Position numbers and translations under genes: made by a program. The notes under the pieces are model-generated. The model ran no database searches, was not told the origin of the DNA, and was given only the letters and a program-made list of their open reading frames with translations. Below, one piece after another: positions 36,458-44,022 of a stretch of 64,000 nucleotides of DNA. The DNA is from a virus (Duplodnaviria > Caudoviricetes). Within the stretch, counting starts at the first letter, position 1. Every line of letters begins with the position of its first letter. Location: positions 325 through 64,324 of the IMG/VR virus record IMGVR_UViG_3300046007_002820. One strand, written 5' to 3'.

Positions 36458-36769
36458 ATGACTCAAGGAGTCAACACGATGGATGATGAAGGTGTGAAAT
36501 TACTACTTCTCCAAGCAAAATATGTGCTGCGCGATCTGCATGTTAAAGATGATAAGTGCGGCTACGGAAAAATGGCCGACGGTGTTCTAGCTGCTTATGA
36601 TCGACTCGAAGCATATGCAGAACGTGAGCATGAATTAGAACAGGCTTTGGCCGGAGCCATCCAGGAGCTTATTACGATGGCGCACACGCAATGGTCCGAG
36701 ATTGAATGCACCGAAGAAGAATTGGTCGGAGATTACCGCAGAATTCTAGACAAAGAACAAACAAAATAA
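36458..36769 (+). CDS. hypothetical protein
   Basis: ORF track. Confidence 0.6.
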   Translation: MTQGVNTMDDEGVKLLLLQAKYVLRDLHVKDDKCGYGKMADGVLAAYDRLEAYAEREHELEQALAGAIQELITMAHTQWSEIECTEEELVGDYRRILDKEQTK

Positions 36770-36773
36770 TCGC

Positions 36774-36832
36774 TTTACAAACGAAAAAATCTGACGTATA
36801 TTGAACTCATAGGAATTAGCTACTCAGGAGGT
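36774..36832 (+). promoter_or_regulatory. early promoter-leader cassette copy 2
   Basis: TTTACA-17-TATATT-GAACTCATAGGAATTAGC...AGGAGGT. Confidence 0.85.
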
Positions 36833-36840
36833 TCATTCGA

Positions 36841-37212
36841 ATGTCACTTTCTAAGGCTCAAGCGAACGAAATTCATCGCGAAGTTCATGCTGCTCTGAAG
36901 GCTATCGCTGAAAAGCATGGGATGGCTGTCATTCAGGCGCGGGCGAATTTCACCGATACCGATATGAAGTTCACGACCATGATGAAGCTCGAAGGCGAGA
37001 AGAGCCGGAAGGAAATTCAAGGCGAGAAGAGCCTTGGCTTCTATCTGGCGATGTATAAGCTCAATGAAACGAACGCTCGGGGCGACCGCCTGATCGCGTA
37101 TAATTCGCGTCAATATAAGTATCCGTTCATCTATGTGACCAAGGAGGGGAAGCGTTTCAAGTGCGATCTTGATAGCGCGACGCTGCGTTTCGGTCAGAAG
37201 CAGGAAGCGTAA
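36841..37212 (+). CDS. hypothetical early protein
   Basis: Directly after the cassette; YNSRQYKYPFI...GKRFK motif. Confidence 0.75.
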   Translation: MSLSKAQANEIHREVHAALKAIAEKHGMAVIQARANFTDTDMKFTTMMKLEGEKSRKEIQGEKSLGFYLAMYKLNETNARGDRLIAYNSRQYKYPFIYVTKEGKRFKCDLDSATLRFGQKQEA

Positions 37213-37385
37213 TGGCCGCCCCCGAAGAACTACTCATGAAAGCCTACGACGAAGGATATGCGTCGTATTTTGCTGGCGACCTTCTCGGAGAAAACAATCC
37301 GTACGAAATGGGAAGCGCTGAAGCGGATGAATGGGAAGCAGGAAGCGAAGACGCTGGTCTAAACGATTTCATCTTCAACGGATAA
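37212..37385 (+). CDS. Rmf/CrpP-like small protein, 57 aa (not in ORF track)
   Basis: KAYDEGYASYFAG...NPY...DEWEAG..DA resembles the Rmf pattern A...GY.A...G...PY...W..G...A; TAATG overlap. Confidence 0.55.
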   Translation: MAAPEELLMKAYDEGYASYFAGDLLGENNPYEMGSAEADEWEAGSEDAGLNDFIFNG

Positions 37386-37391
37386 TTTTGC

Positions 37392-37445
37392 TTTTCATTT
37401 GAACGAATTTGAAGTATATTGAATTCATAGGAATTCAAAGGAGGT
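37392..37445 (+). promoter_or_regulatory. early promoter-leader cassette copy 3
   Basis: TTTTCA-17-TATATT-GAATTCATAGGAATT...AAGGAGGT. Confidence 0.8.
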
Positions 37446-37450
37446 CGTTC

Positions 37451-37642
37451 ATGCTCGGCAATCTCGCAATGCTCTTCTGGTATTCTTACGATGATCGGCT
37501 CGCCAGTTTTGTAGGAATTCCAGAAATCGGGCAGCTCCCGACTATTGTTTGGTTTGTTCTGGGAGCTGTTTCGGTTGGTTCGGAATTCCTGAGCGGGATC
37601 ATCCAGGAATTGTTCAACACTGTTCGAAATAAGATGAGGTGA
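37451..37642 (+). CDS. small membrane protein
   Basis: ATG after the cassette SD; hydrophobic segment. Confidence 0.65.
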   Translation: MLGNLAMLFWYSYDDRLASFVGIPEIGQLPTIVWFVLGAVSVGSEFLSGIIQELFNTVRNKMR

Positions 37643-37646
37643 TTTA

Positions 37647-37847
37647 ATGAAACGCTTTTTGCTATTTGCAGGATCGAATTACTATCCGAGCGGCGGCTGG
37701 TTTGATTTCCGAGGATCATTCGATTCTATCGCCGAGGGTGTAACTTTTACGGAAGAGATTACGTTCTCTAAACGCTTTGACTGGTATCACATTATTGACT
37801 CCGTGACTGGAGAATTCGTCCGCGAAGAATTCGGACTGGGAGAATGA
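37647..37847 (+). CDS. conserved small phage protein
   Basis: RFLLFAG..YYPSGGW.DF.GSFD motif. Confidence 0.75.
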   Translation: MKRFLLFAGSNYYPSGGWFDFRGSFDSIAEGVTFTEEITFSKRFDWYHIIDSVTGEFVREEFGLGE

Positions 37848-38029
37848 CCGCCACGCCCGAAGATATTTTAGAAAAATCACGATGTCCAGGTGTTGAAGAT
37901 TTGGAAAGAATGCTCTTGAGAGCTCATCAAGAAATCCAAGATCTTCGATACGAGCTCTCTGATGCTCTGGAAGAATGCAAAGAGTTGCAACAAGAAGTAA
38001 ATAGCTACAAATATGATTATCGTGATTAG
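37844..38029 (+). CDS. coiled-coil hypothetical protein
   Basis: ATGA overlap; GGAG SD. Confidence 0.55.
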   Translation: MTATPEDILEKSRCPGVEDLERMLLRAHQEIQDLRYELSDALEECKELQQEVNSYKYDYRD

Positions 38030-38035
38030 GACCCC

Positions 38036-38089
38036 TTTACTTCTTCGTGAGTTTGAGGTATATTGAACTCATAGGAATTAGCGGGAGGT
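38036..38089 (+). promoter_or_regulatory. early promoter-leader cassette copy 4
   Basis: TTTACT-17-TATATT-GAACTCATAGGAATTAGC-GGGAGGT. Confidence 0.85.
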
Positions 38090-38096
38090 CCGGCAA

Positions 38097-38273
38097 ATGA
38101 AAAAGGCTCAGTGCGTCCAGTACTCCAAAGACCGCAAGGTGTTCTTGGATGCTTGTCTGAAGGCGCGCGAGATAATCAGCCGGAGCCGTTCTGGTTCAGA
38201 AATCAGAACGGCTGAGATCGATCTTCGCTATTCGCAAGATGCGTTAGTTTACCTTCGTGGGAGGAAATCATGA
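38097..38273 (+). CDS. small hypothetical early protein (not in ORF track)
   Basis: MKKAQCVQYSKDRKVFLDAC...; follows the cassette SD; ATGA overlap with the next gene. Confidence 0.65.
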   Translation: MKKAQCVQYSKDRKVFLDACLKAREIISRSRSGSEIRTAEIDLRYSQDALVYLRGRKS

Positions 38274-38917
38274 GATTCATCGGCGACGTTCACGGTAAAT
38301 GGAACCGCTACGAAAAGCTCGCGAAAGAAGTCCCTGCTTCGATTCAGGTCGGAGATTTCGGGATGGGTTTCGGTCCGAAGCATCCTTTCACCTGGAAAGA
38401 TAACAAAGCTCCGTATCGCGATCATAAGTTCATTCGCGGAAATCATGATTCTCCGAGCCATTGTGCGCAGGTTGAATGGTGGATTCCCGACGGTACTGTG
38501 TGGCACGATTCCATGATGTTCGTTGGTGGAGCTCTTTCCATTGATGCTGCGCATCGTATTGAAGGTGTTTCCTGGTGGCGGGATGAGGAACTTTCGCTCG
38601 CTGCGATGGAGAAGATCATCACGAAATACGAGGCTGTGAAGCCTTCTATCATGGTGACTCACGAATGCCCGAATGTGATCGCGCGGGTTCTGTTTTCCTG
38701 GATGACTAAGCAAGAGTATCCATCCAGGACGCGGCAACTGTTTGATACGCTTTGGGAAATTCACAAACCACTGGTTCACGTATTTGGTCATTGGCATGAA
38801 GACAAAGATCAAATCATCGAAGGAACTAGGTTTATATGTTTGAATGAACTCAGTTATATAGATTTGGATCTAGATAATCCGGTTAATTCTGGAAAGATTG
38901 TGCCATATTACAATTAG
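38270..38917 (+). CDS. calcineurin-like metallophosphoesterase
   Basis: GDVHG, QVGDFG, FIRGNHD, VTHECP, FGHWH. Confidence 0.9.
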   Translation: MRFIGDVHGKWNRYEKLAKEVPASIQVGDFGMGFGPKHPFTWKDNKAPYRDHKFIRGNHDSPSHCAQVEWWIPDGTVWHDSMMFVGGALSIDAAHRIEGVSWWRDEELSLAAMEKIITKYEAVKPSIMVTHECPNVIARVLFSWMTKQEYPSRTRQLFDTLWEIHKPLVHVFGHWHEDKDQIIEGTRFICLNELSYIDLDLDNPVNSGKIVPYYN

Positions 38918-39479
38918 CAAAATGCCATCGTTTCATAGCTCTGTATTGCCCAATTTTGCCACATACGTCGCAAGCGGCTTTGTTGTTCGGATGATTGCCA
39001 TCCAAAATTCGTTTGGCATAAATTCTAGATGCATGAGTTTTACTGGCTTTCGATATCTTTTCTAAAGTTTCGTCAGAATGTTTTCTACCATAGAATGAAT
39101 TCAAGTTTCCGGTTCTTTTCTTCTGTCTTTCAGAAACAAGTTTTCTATTTTCATCACTCATTGGTTTAGAAGATAATCCTTCACGATTTATATAATCCCA
39201 ACCACCCCCGCCACCTAATTTTAGATTGTATGTATCTTTGTTAAGAACCCACTCTTCATCAACCCAAAATCGCTCTCGTTCATTGAGTTGTTCAACAGTT
39301 TCGCAATATTCTAAAATTTCTTTTGTAAAATTTTCTATGCCATATTTTTGAATAGCACGATTAATCAATTTACCTGAACCAAAATATTCGTCATCTAGAT
39401 TCTGCGTGGTATGTTTACCACGATATATTTTACCGTTTACATTATTGGTTATCTGATATATGATATGATAAATAGTCAT
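38883..39479 (-). CDS. free-standing GIY-YIG (Seg-like) homing endonuclease
   Basis: IIYQITNNVNGKIYRGKH...YFGSG...KYGIENFTKEIL...YNLKLGG.GG; NUMOD3-like FYGRKHSDETLEKIS; C-terminal CDVC...RWHFANC. Confidence 0.9.
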   Translation of the reverse strand: MTIYHIIYQITNNVNGKIYRGKHTTQNLDDEYFGSGKLINRAIQKYGIENFTKEILEYCETVEQLNERERFWVDEEWVLNKDTYNLKLGGGGGWDYINREGLSSKPMSDENRKLVSERQKKRTGNLNSFYGRKHSDETLEKISKASKTHASRIYAKRILDGNHPNNKAACDVCGKIGQYRAMKRWHFANCNMAQSFQN

Positions 39480-39541
39480 AGCTGGTCTCCTGTAAGGCTA
39501 GAGCTGATGGAGTTGGCGCTCGCGATCAGCATTATATTTAG
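39480..39541 (-). promoter_or_regulatory. late promoter plus structured 5' leader of endonuclease gene (copy 2)
   Basis: Minus strand: CTAAATA-TAAT-GCTGAT-CGC-GAG-CGCCAA-CTC-C-ATCAGC-TCTAG...AGGAGA-CCAGC-T-ATG. Confidence 0.75.
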
Positions 39542-39574
39542 TCGAGTATGGATATCCGGAAAGGAGAATATGAA

Positions 39575-39763
39575 ATGGCTGCCGATATCAACGCGTTCTT
39601 CACGGTTCTAGCATTCTCTTCTGGAGTGTGGACAATTTTGAGTACTTTTTGGATGTTGGGTGATACTACGGATGGACGCAAGCCTACAGCGACTTTCTGG
39701 TCAGCAGCGCTCGGATTCTGGATGACTGCTTTGTGCGCAAGTATCGCAGCAGCTGCATCATGA
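39575..39763 (+). CDS. small membrane protein
   Basis: AAGGAG SD; two hydrophobic segments. Confidence 0.55.
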   Translation: MAADINAFFTVLAFSSGVWTILSTFWMLGDTTDGRKPTATFWSAALGFWMTALCASIAAAAS

Positions 39764-40068
39764 GCACTAATCTAGCACATGGCGAACTCCATCCGGATTT
39801 CTCGCTTCTTGAAATTGAGACGATGCTGGAAGAACGTATCGAAAAAGAATTCCAATGCGGTAAGAAAAATGCTATCACGCATGAAGAATATCATAAGATC
39901 GTAATGTTCGCACTAGAAATTTTGGAATTCGAGTTTGATATTTGCCGCCCAGTCTATATCTTTTTCGACGAGGTGCGGTTGCCGTTTGTGACTATTGATC
40001 CTAAAATTCCTTCGATTAAAGCAAGTTCGAGACTGTCGTTCGATCTCTTTTTCAATCTAACTCGTTAG
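39760..40068 (+). CDS. hypothetical protein
   Basis: ATGA overlap at 39760. Confidence 0.5.
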   Translation: MSTNLAHGELHPDFSLLEIETMLEERIEKEFQCGKKNAITHEEYHKIVMFALEILEFEFDICRPVYIFFDEVRLPFVTIDPKIPSIKASSRLSFDLFFNLTR

Positions 40069-40511
40069 TAGTTTTTACCGAGTTCTTTCTCGCTCAGGAC
40101 TACGAACTGCCAATTCCGTTCTGCGCAGAATGCTCTCGCAGCATTCCATTTGGCATCGTTGATTACACGAGTCGCAGCCTCGTTCAGGAATCTTCTAGAC
40201 CCTCTTCCATCTTTCGGTGGTCGAGGGTCTTTTAGTTCCGAGGTATGTTTGATCTCCACCATGATCGTCGATAGAGTCTGATCAGCATTCCTTTTGCGTA
40301 TCACGAAATCTGGAAAGTATCGATGAACACGTCCGGTGGTTGGTTTGATATACGGAATCGTAATTTCTTCTGAGGCCCACTGGACAATGTCCGGATGCGT
40401 ATCAAAATACTGCATGTATCGCAATTCGATCCGGGACCTGTAGACGATGTTAGCAGATTCACCGAGATATTTCTCTGGGTTCTTTGGTTTGAACTTTCCA
40501 CGCCAAGCCAT
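40065..40511 (-). CDS. gp4: head completion nuclease (T4 gp4-like)
   Basis: GKFKPKNPEKYLG...IVYRS...WASEE..IPY...HRYFPDF...VEIK...N.AKW.AA. Confidence 0.92.
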   Translation of the reverse strand: MAWRGKFKPKNPEKYLGESANIVYRSRIELRYMQYFDTHPDIVQWASEEITIPYIKPTTGRVHRYFPDFVIRKRNADQTLSTIMVEIKHTSELKDPRPPKDGRGSRRFLNEAATRVINDAKWNAARAFCAERNWQFVVLSEKELGKNY

Positions 40512-40520
40512 ACTTTTTCC

Positions 40521-40574
40521 TTTTCATTCATATAAATTTAGGGTATATTGAACTCATAGGAATTTGTTGGAGGT
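40521..40574 (+). promoter_or_regulatory. early promoter-leader cassette copy 5
   Basis: TTTTCA-17-TATATT-GAACTCATAGGAATT...GGAGGT. Confidence 0.8.
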
Positions 40575-40581
40575 AAGTCTC

Positions 40582-40788
40582 ATGCAGAATGCGCTGCATT
40601 TCGTTGGATTCAAGGATGATAGGATCCACAACGCGATCAAGACGTTTGGTCAGCCGGATTTCTATCATCGGATTTGGGATGGTCGTGCGAAGTCCATGAT
40701 CATCGATGGTGACGTCGCGGTCTTTGCGGATGGAGACGAGAATGATACTCCGCAAATGTTTTCGTTCGACGACTCGCAAATGTGGTAA
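40582..40788 (+). CDS. conserved small phage protein
   Basis: LHFVGF.....NA...FG.PDFYHRIWD.RA motif; ATG 40582. Confidence 0.7.
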   Translation: MQNALHFVGFKDDRIHNAIKTFGQPDFYHRIWDGRAKSMIIDGDVAVFADGDENDTPQMFSFDDSQMW

Positions 40789-40806
40789 CAAGAAGGAACT
40801 GTAACA

Positions 40807-41364
40807 ATGCCATATGAACTATATCCGAATTTCTTACCGCGCGACGTAGTTACTAGTACGTTCGCGCGGCTTGCCGATGATCTGGATTGGGAGCGTCGTG
40901 ATACTGCTCCGCGATATGAATATTGGGTCGCTTCGAAAGATTACACATATGGTCGAGGTATTGGCGCGCGGACGTATTCTCCCAGGCCAACTCATGAAGA
41001 TATTGAACATATCAATGATTTGGTTTCGGAGTTTCTGGAATTTCCAATTCCATACAATGCGTGTTTCCTGAACATGTATGAAAATTCCCGAGACTCGTTA
41101 GGTTGGCACGCCGATGATGATCCGGGTATTGATCACAGGTTTGGGATTGCAATCGTGACTCTGTATGAATATGCAGGGAAAGATCGTAATATCTCTTTCA
41201 AGAATATTGCAACAGGAGAAACCGAAACGATCGCTGCGGCTTATGGTTCGCTGATTTATATGCCACCCGGAATGCAGTCGACTCATTTGCATCGTATTCC
41301 GAAGGCTGGGTTCGAATGCCCTCGGCGAATTTCATTGACTTACCGTATGTTGAAGGAGGATTGA
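40807..41364 (+). CDS. AlkB-like 2OG-Fe(II) dioxygenase
   Basis: NACFLNMY...SLGWHADD...GSLIYMP..MQSTHLHRIPK...RISLTYR. Confidence 0.9.
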   Translation: MPYELYPNFLPRDVVTSTFARLADDLDWERRDTAPRYEYWVASKDYTYGRGIGARTYSPRPTHEDIEHINDLVSEFLEFPIPYNACFLNMYENSRDSLGWHADDDPGIDHRFGIAIVTLYEYAGKDRNISFKNIATGETETIAAAYGSLIYMPPGMQSTHLHRIPKAGFECPRRISLTYRMLKED

Positions 41365-41372
41365 AAAAAAAG

Positions 41373-41639
41373 ATGAAAGTGTATATTGTATTTGAGGAAG
41401 AGTCTGATCACGATTTTCATTGTTACGATGCAATCTATGTCGCATTGTCACAAGAAGATGCCGAAGGTTTTGTAAAATCTACGTTCGATGTGAAACTATA
41501 CGATCCGGAATACGATGATATTTGGGTTGAGACCGATCGTTCGTTCAAGAAACGCCAGAAAGAGCAATTAATCGCCTCGCAGCGAACCTACAAAATTGAA
41601 GAATATGAAGTCGGTGTAAGAAAGGATTACGACGAATGA
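41373..41639 (+). CDS. hypothetical protein
   Basis: MKVYIVFE...YKIEEYEV pattern; start could be TTG 41361. Confidence 0.6.
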   Translation: MKVYIVFEEESDHDFHCYDAIYVALSQEDAEGFVKSTFDVKLYDPEYDDIWVETDRSFKKRQKEQLIASQRTYKIEEYEVGVRKDYDE

Positions 41640-41812
41640 TTTACTACGAATTAGCAGGCCAAACTCGAGAAGAAGTCGAAGAGAAATTCCAAGAACTTTG
41701 TCGGTCATATCATCCGGCTGGATACGGAACGTCGTATTCAATGAGACCGTGTTTTGACGATAAGCTATGTGTATGGAAAGCTAGAGTCTATCGCTACGCT
41801 TCTTGCGACTAG
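41636..41812 (+). CDS. small hypothetical protein (not in ORF track)
   Basis: MIYYELAG...SYHPAGYGT...RYASCD; ATGA overlap. Confidence 0.6.
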   Translation: MIYYELAGQTREEVEEKFQELCRSYHPAGYGTSYSMRPCFDDKLCVWKARVYRYASCD

Positions 41813-42597
41813 AGCAGGCCTTTGAATTTTGACTTGAGCAGTGATCCGGTATTTTTCACACTGGACACTGTTCGGTTGACTTGCGCGCCGACGTTCTGAA
41901 CACGTCCTATGACGTCCTGAACTTCATTCATGCGACCGATCACTCCATTAACTCCGCGTGCTACCGTAGTCGTGAATCCTGATAGACCAGAACCAGGAAG
42001 AAGAGTTCCGAGTTTGAGGTTTGTAGAACCAGAGCGTTGACCAACGTTGGATCTTCTCCAAGTCCGGTATTTCCAGATGACTTCAAATTCCATGACCTCA
42101 TCACGCGAATTCCAACGCAGGCCGACTGGTTGAATATTCACTGGAAACGCATCGACGTATGTGTATTCCAGAATGCGATTACCTTCTGTATCAAATTGTG
42201 TGACTAATACCTGTGATACAAAATAGTCGCGGTATCTGATACGAAATTTCTCTGGATCATCATCAAGCCAGTTGACGGTATTCCACGACCAGTCTTGAAA
42301 GAATCGAACAATGGAAGAATTCTGATCTGCATAGAAAGAAGTCTGTAGATCGAAGAACGATGCGCCAGTCGGAAAATACTCAAGCAGACCAGAGCCAAAA
42401 ACTCGATTGTCGATGGAGTCGATATTCACGCCAGGAAGCGAAGCCTGATTACAGAAGAAGCGTACGCTCTTACCATCGTGCTCGGTCCCATTACTCCATT
42501 CTGGCATTCCTGGAATAGAAAGCTCGAATTGCGATGGCCTCATGAATCCGTTCACGCCAGCGATCTCTGCTACGAATGTCGAAATGTCGTGGCTCAT
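41809..42597 (-). CDS. tail tube / baseplate tube-initiator protein (gp19/gp54-like)
   Basis: RPSQF...FFCNQASLPG...FFQDW...YRDYF...DAFPVNIQPVGL.W...F.V.WKYRTW. Confidence 0.8.
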   Translation of the reverse strand: MSHDISTFVAEIAGVNGFMRPSQFELSIPGMPEWSNGTEHDGKSVRFFCNQASLPGVNIDSIDNRVFGSGLLEYFPTGASFFDLQTSFYADQNSSIVRFFQDWSWNTVNWLDDDPEKFRIRYRDYFVSQVLVTQFDTEGNRILEYTYVDAFPVNIQPVGLRWNSRDEVMEFEVIWKYRTWRRSNVGQRSGSTNLKLGTLLPGSGLSGFTTTVARGVNGVIGRMNEVQDVIGRVQNVGAQVNRTVSSVKNTGSLLKSKFKGLL

Positions 42598-43226
42598 TTA
42601 GAAGCTCCAATCTTGCGTAGACTGTCTGCCCATACCGTAGATTTGCTGGCTTTCTCGAAGTTTTCAGAATTTAGTAGAACAGCATACTGCCACTCTTCCG
42701 GAGGAACTGGTCTGAACAATGATCTAACATGGGCAGATAAGTATCTTTTCACACATGGTTGAAATTCCGGCATGTTCTTGATTGCGTTTAACATGGAAGC
42801 AGTAAAACGATATTTCTTTTCGTCAGTCATTCCGCGTTTATTCATGATTCCAATGATACGATCCATCAGCGCAGCGCGCATATATGGCGGGAGGTAGTGC
42901 AAATTCAGACCATAGAAACCATCCTCCGTATAATTGAACGGAATGATCAGCGGGAATGTATCGTAGTAGGGTAGCGTCTTTTTGTGCTTCGGATCATACA
43001 GGAAGAAATACATGGAATTGAGACGAAGCTTGTTCGTCGGACCATCGCTGTCTTTGATCGCAATCTTGGAAGTCCGAGCAGTCTTTAGAGCTAGTCCACC
43101 ATGTGCAAGTTTCACGACTTGATCTCGCAACCATTCGGTGGACTTGTCGCGTTCCTTTCGCAGTTTCACAACATTGCGAGCGTTATCGCGCATCTGTTGA
43201 GTATGTGGTCCGTATTTCCTAGGCAT
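42594..43226 (-). CDS. gp2: DNA end protector protein (T4 gp2-like)
   Basis: MYFFLYDPKHKKTLPYYDTFPLI...GLNLHYLPP..R...PCVKRYL..HVRS. Confidence 0.92.
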   Translation of the reverse strand: MPRKYGPHTQQMRDNARNVVKLRKERDKSTEWLRDQVVKLAHGGLALKTARTSKIAIKDSDGPTNKLRLNSMYFFLYDPKHKKTLPYYDTFPLIIPFNYTEDGFYGLNLHYLPPYMRAALMDRIIGIMNKRGMTDEKKYRFTASMLNAIKNMPEFQPCVKRYLSAHVRSLFRPVPPEEWQYAVLLNSENFEKASKSTVWADSLRKIGASK

Positions 43227-43256
43227 TCATTTCCTTGGGTTTCCTCATATTTAGAC

Positions 43257-43312
43257 TTTACAAGCGAAAGATTTTGAGGCATATTGAACTCATAGGAATT
43301 AGCTGCGGAGGT
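43257..43312 (+). promoter_or_regulatory. early promoter-leader cassette copy 6
   Basis: TTTACA-17-CATATT-GAACTCATAGGAATTAGC-TGCGGAGGT; back-to-back with the gp2 late promoter (43248-43254, minus). Confidence 0.85.
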
Positions 43313-43319
43313 CATTCAA

Positions 43320-43748
43320 ATGAACGCTACGGAAATTCTTCTCGAAGCCAAGGCTGCGGCGATAGAAGCGGTCCGAAAGGATATGGTTCGTTTTGATGGA
43401 GAAGAGCCTCCGCATATGGAATGCGGCTTTGCTTGGGTCAATCTCTACTACAATCGCAATAAGGCTCCTGCGGCCAACGTCGAGTTCATCAAAGCTCTCA
43501 AGAAAGAAGCGAAAGCCGCAGGAATTTCTTACGACAGCGCGGGAAATCGAGTCATCTCCAACACCGTCGACCAAGATTTGATTCAGGCTTTTGGTCGGCC
43601 GGATTATCGCCCCTCGACTTGGCAGTGGTGGAATCCTGGTGAATGTCACTGGCAATATATGCATACCAAGATCGTCGGCGCTCAGGCTTTCGCCGATGTT
43701 CTGAAGTCTCACGGAATTCAGGCGCGCGTTGATTATCGGTACGACTAA
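43320..43748 (+). CDS. conserved phage hypothetical protein
   Basis: CGFAWV...GAQAFADVLK..GI.A...RYD family pattern. Confidence 0.75.
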   Translation: MNATEILLEAKAAAIEAVRKDMVRFDGEEPPHMECGFAWVNLYYNRNKAPAANVEFIKALKKEAKAAGISYDSAGNRVISNTVDQDLIQAFGRPDYRPSTWQWWNPGECHWQYMHTKIVGAQAFADVLKSHGIQARVDYRYD

Positions 43749-43764
43749 GAAGGAGAAAAAGTAA

Positions 43765-43986
43765 ATGCCCTATACATTGCGCAAGAGATCTATGGTTTCA
43801 AATAAATTTCATTCTATGACCTTCGAGAATATTTCCGAAGAAGAATTTCAGAAATGTTTCAAGTTGTGGATGAACGATACTCTAATGCAAGATGCCTTTC
43901 CGATGCTTTCCGAAGACGAGCGAGAGTTCATCATGACGGGTATTACTCCCGAAGAATGGAATCAGATGTGTCCCGACGACGATTGA
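43765..43986 (+). CDS. conserved small phage protein
   Basis: QDAFPMLSEDEREFIMTGITPEEW motif; AAGGAG SD. Confidence 0.75.
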   Translation: MPYTLRKRSMVSNKFHSMTFENISEEEFQKCFKLWMNDTLMQDAFPMLSEDEREFIMTGITPEEWNQMCPDDD

Positions 43987-43987
43987 T

Positions 43988-44018
43988 CTAAATATTCCTG
44001 AGTCCATTTCAGGAATAT
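43988..44018 (+). promoter_or_regulatory. late promoter overlapping an RBS-occluding hairpin
   Basis: CTAAATA at 43988; stem ATATTCCTGA (43992-44001) / TCAGGAATAT (44009-44018) covers the AGGA SD. Confidence 0.7.
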
Positions 44019-44022
44019 ATGT

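Noticed and set aside
35938-38082. Repeated GTATATTGAACTCATAGGAATTAGC as a possible CRISPR array
   Set aside because: Copies are hundreds to thousands of bases apart, separated by genes, and each contains a -10 box with a -35 box 17 nt upstream; no cas genes are visible.
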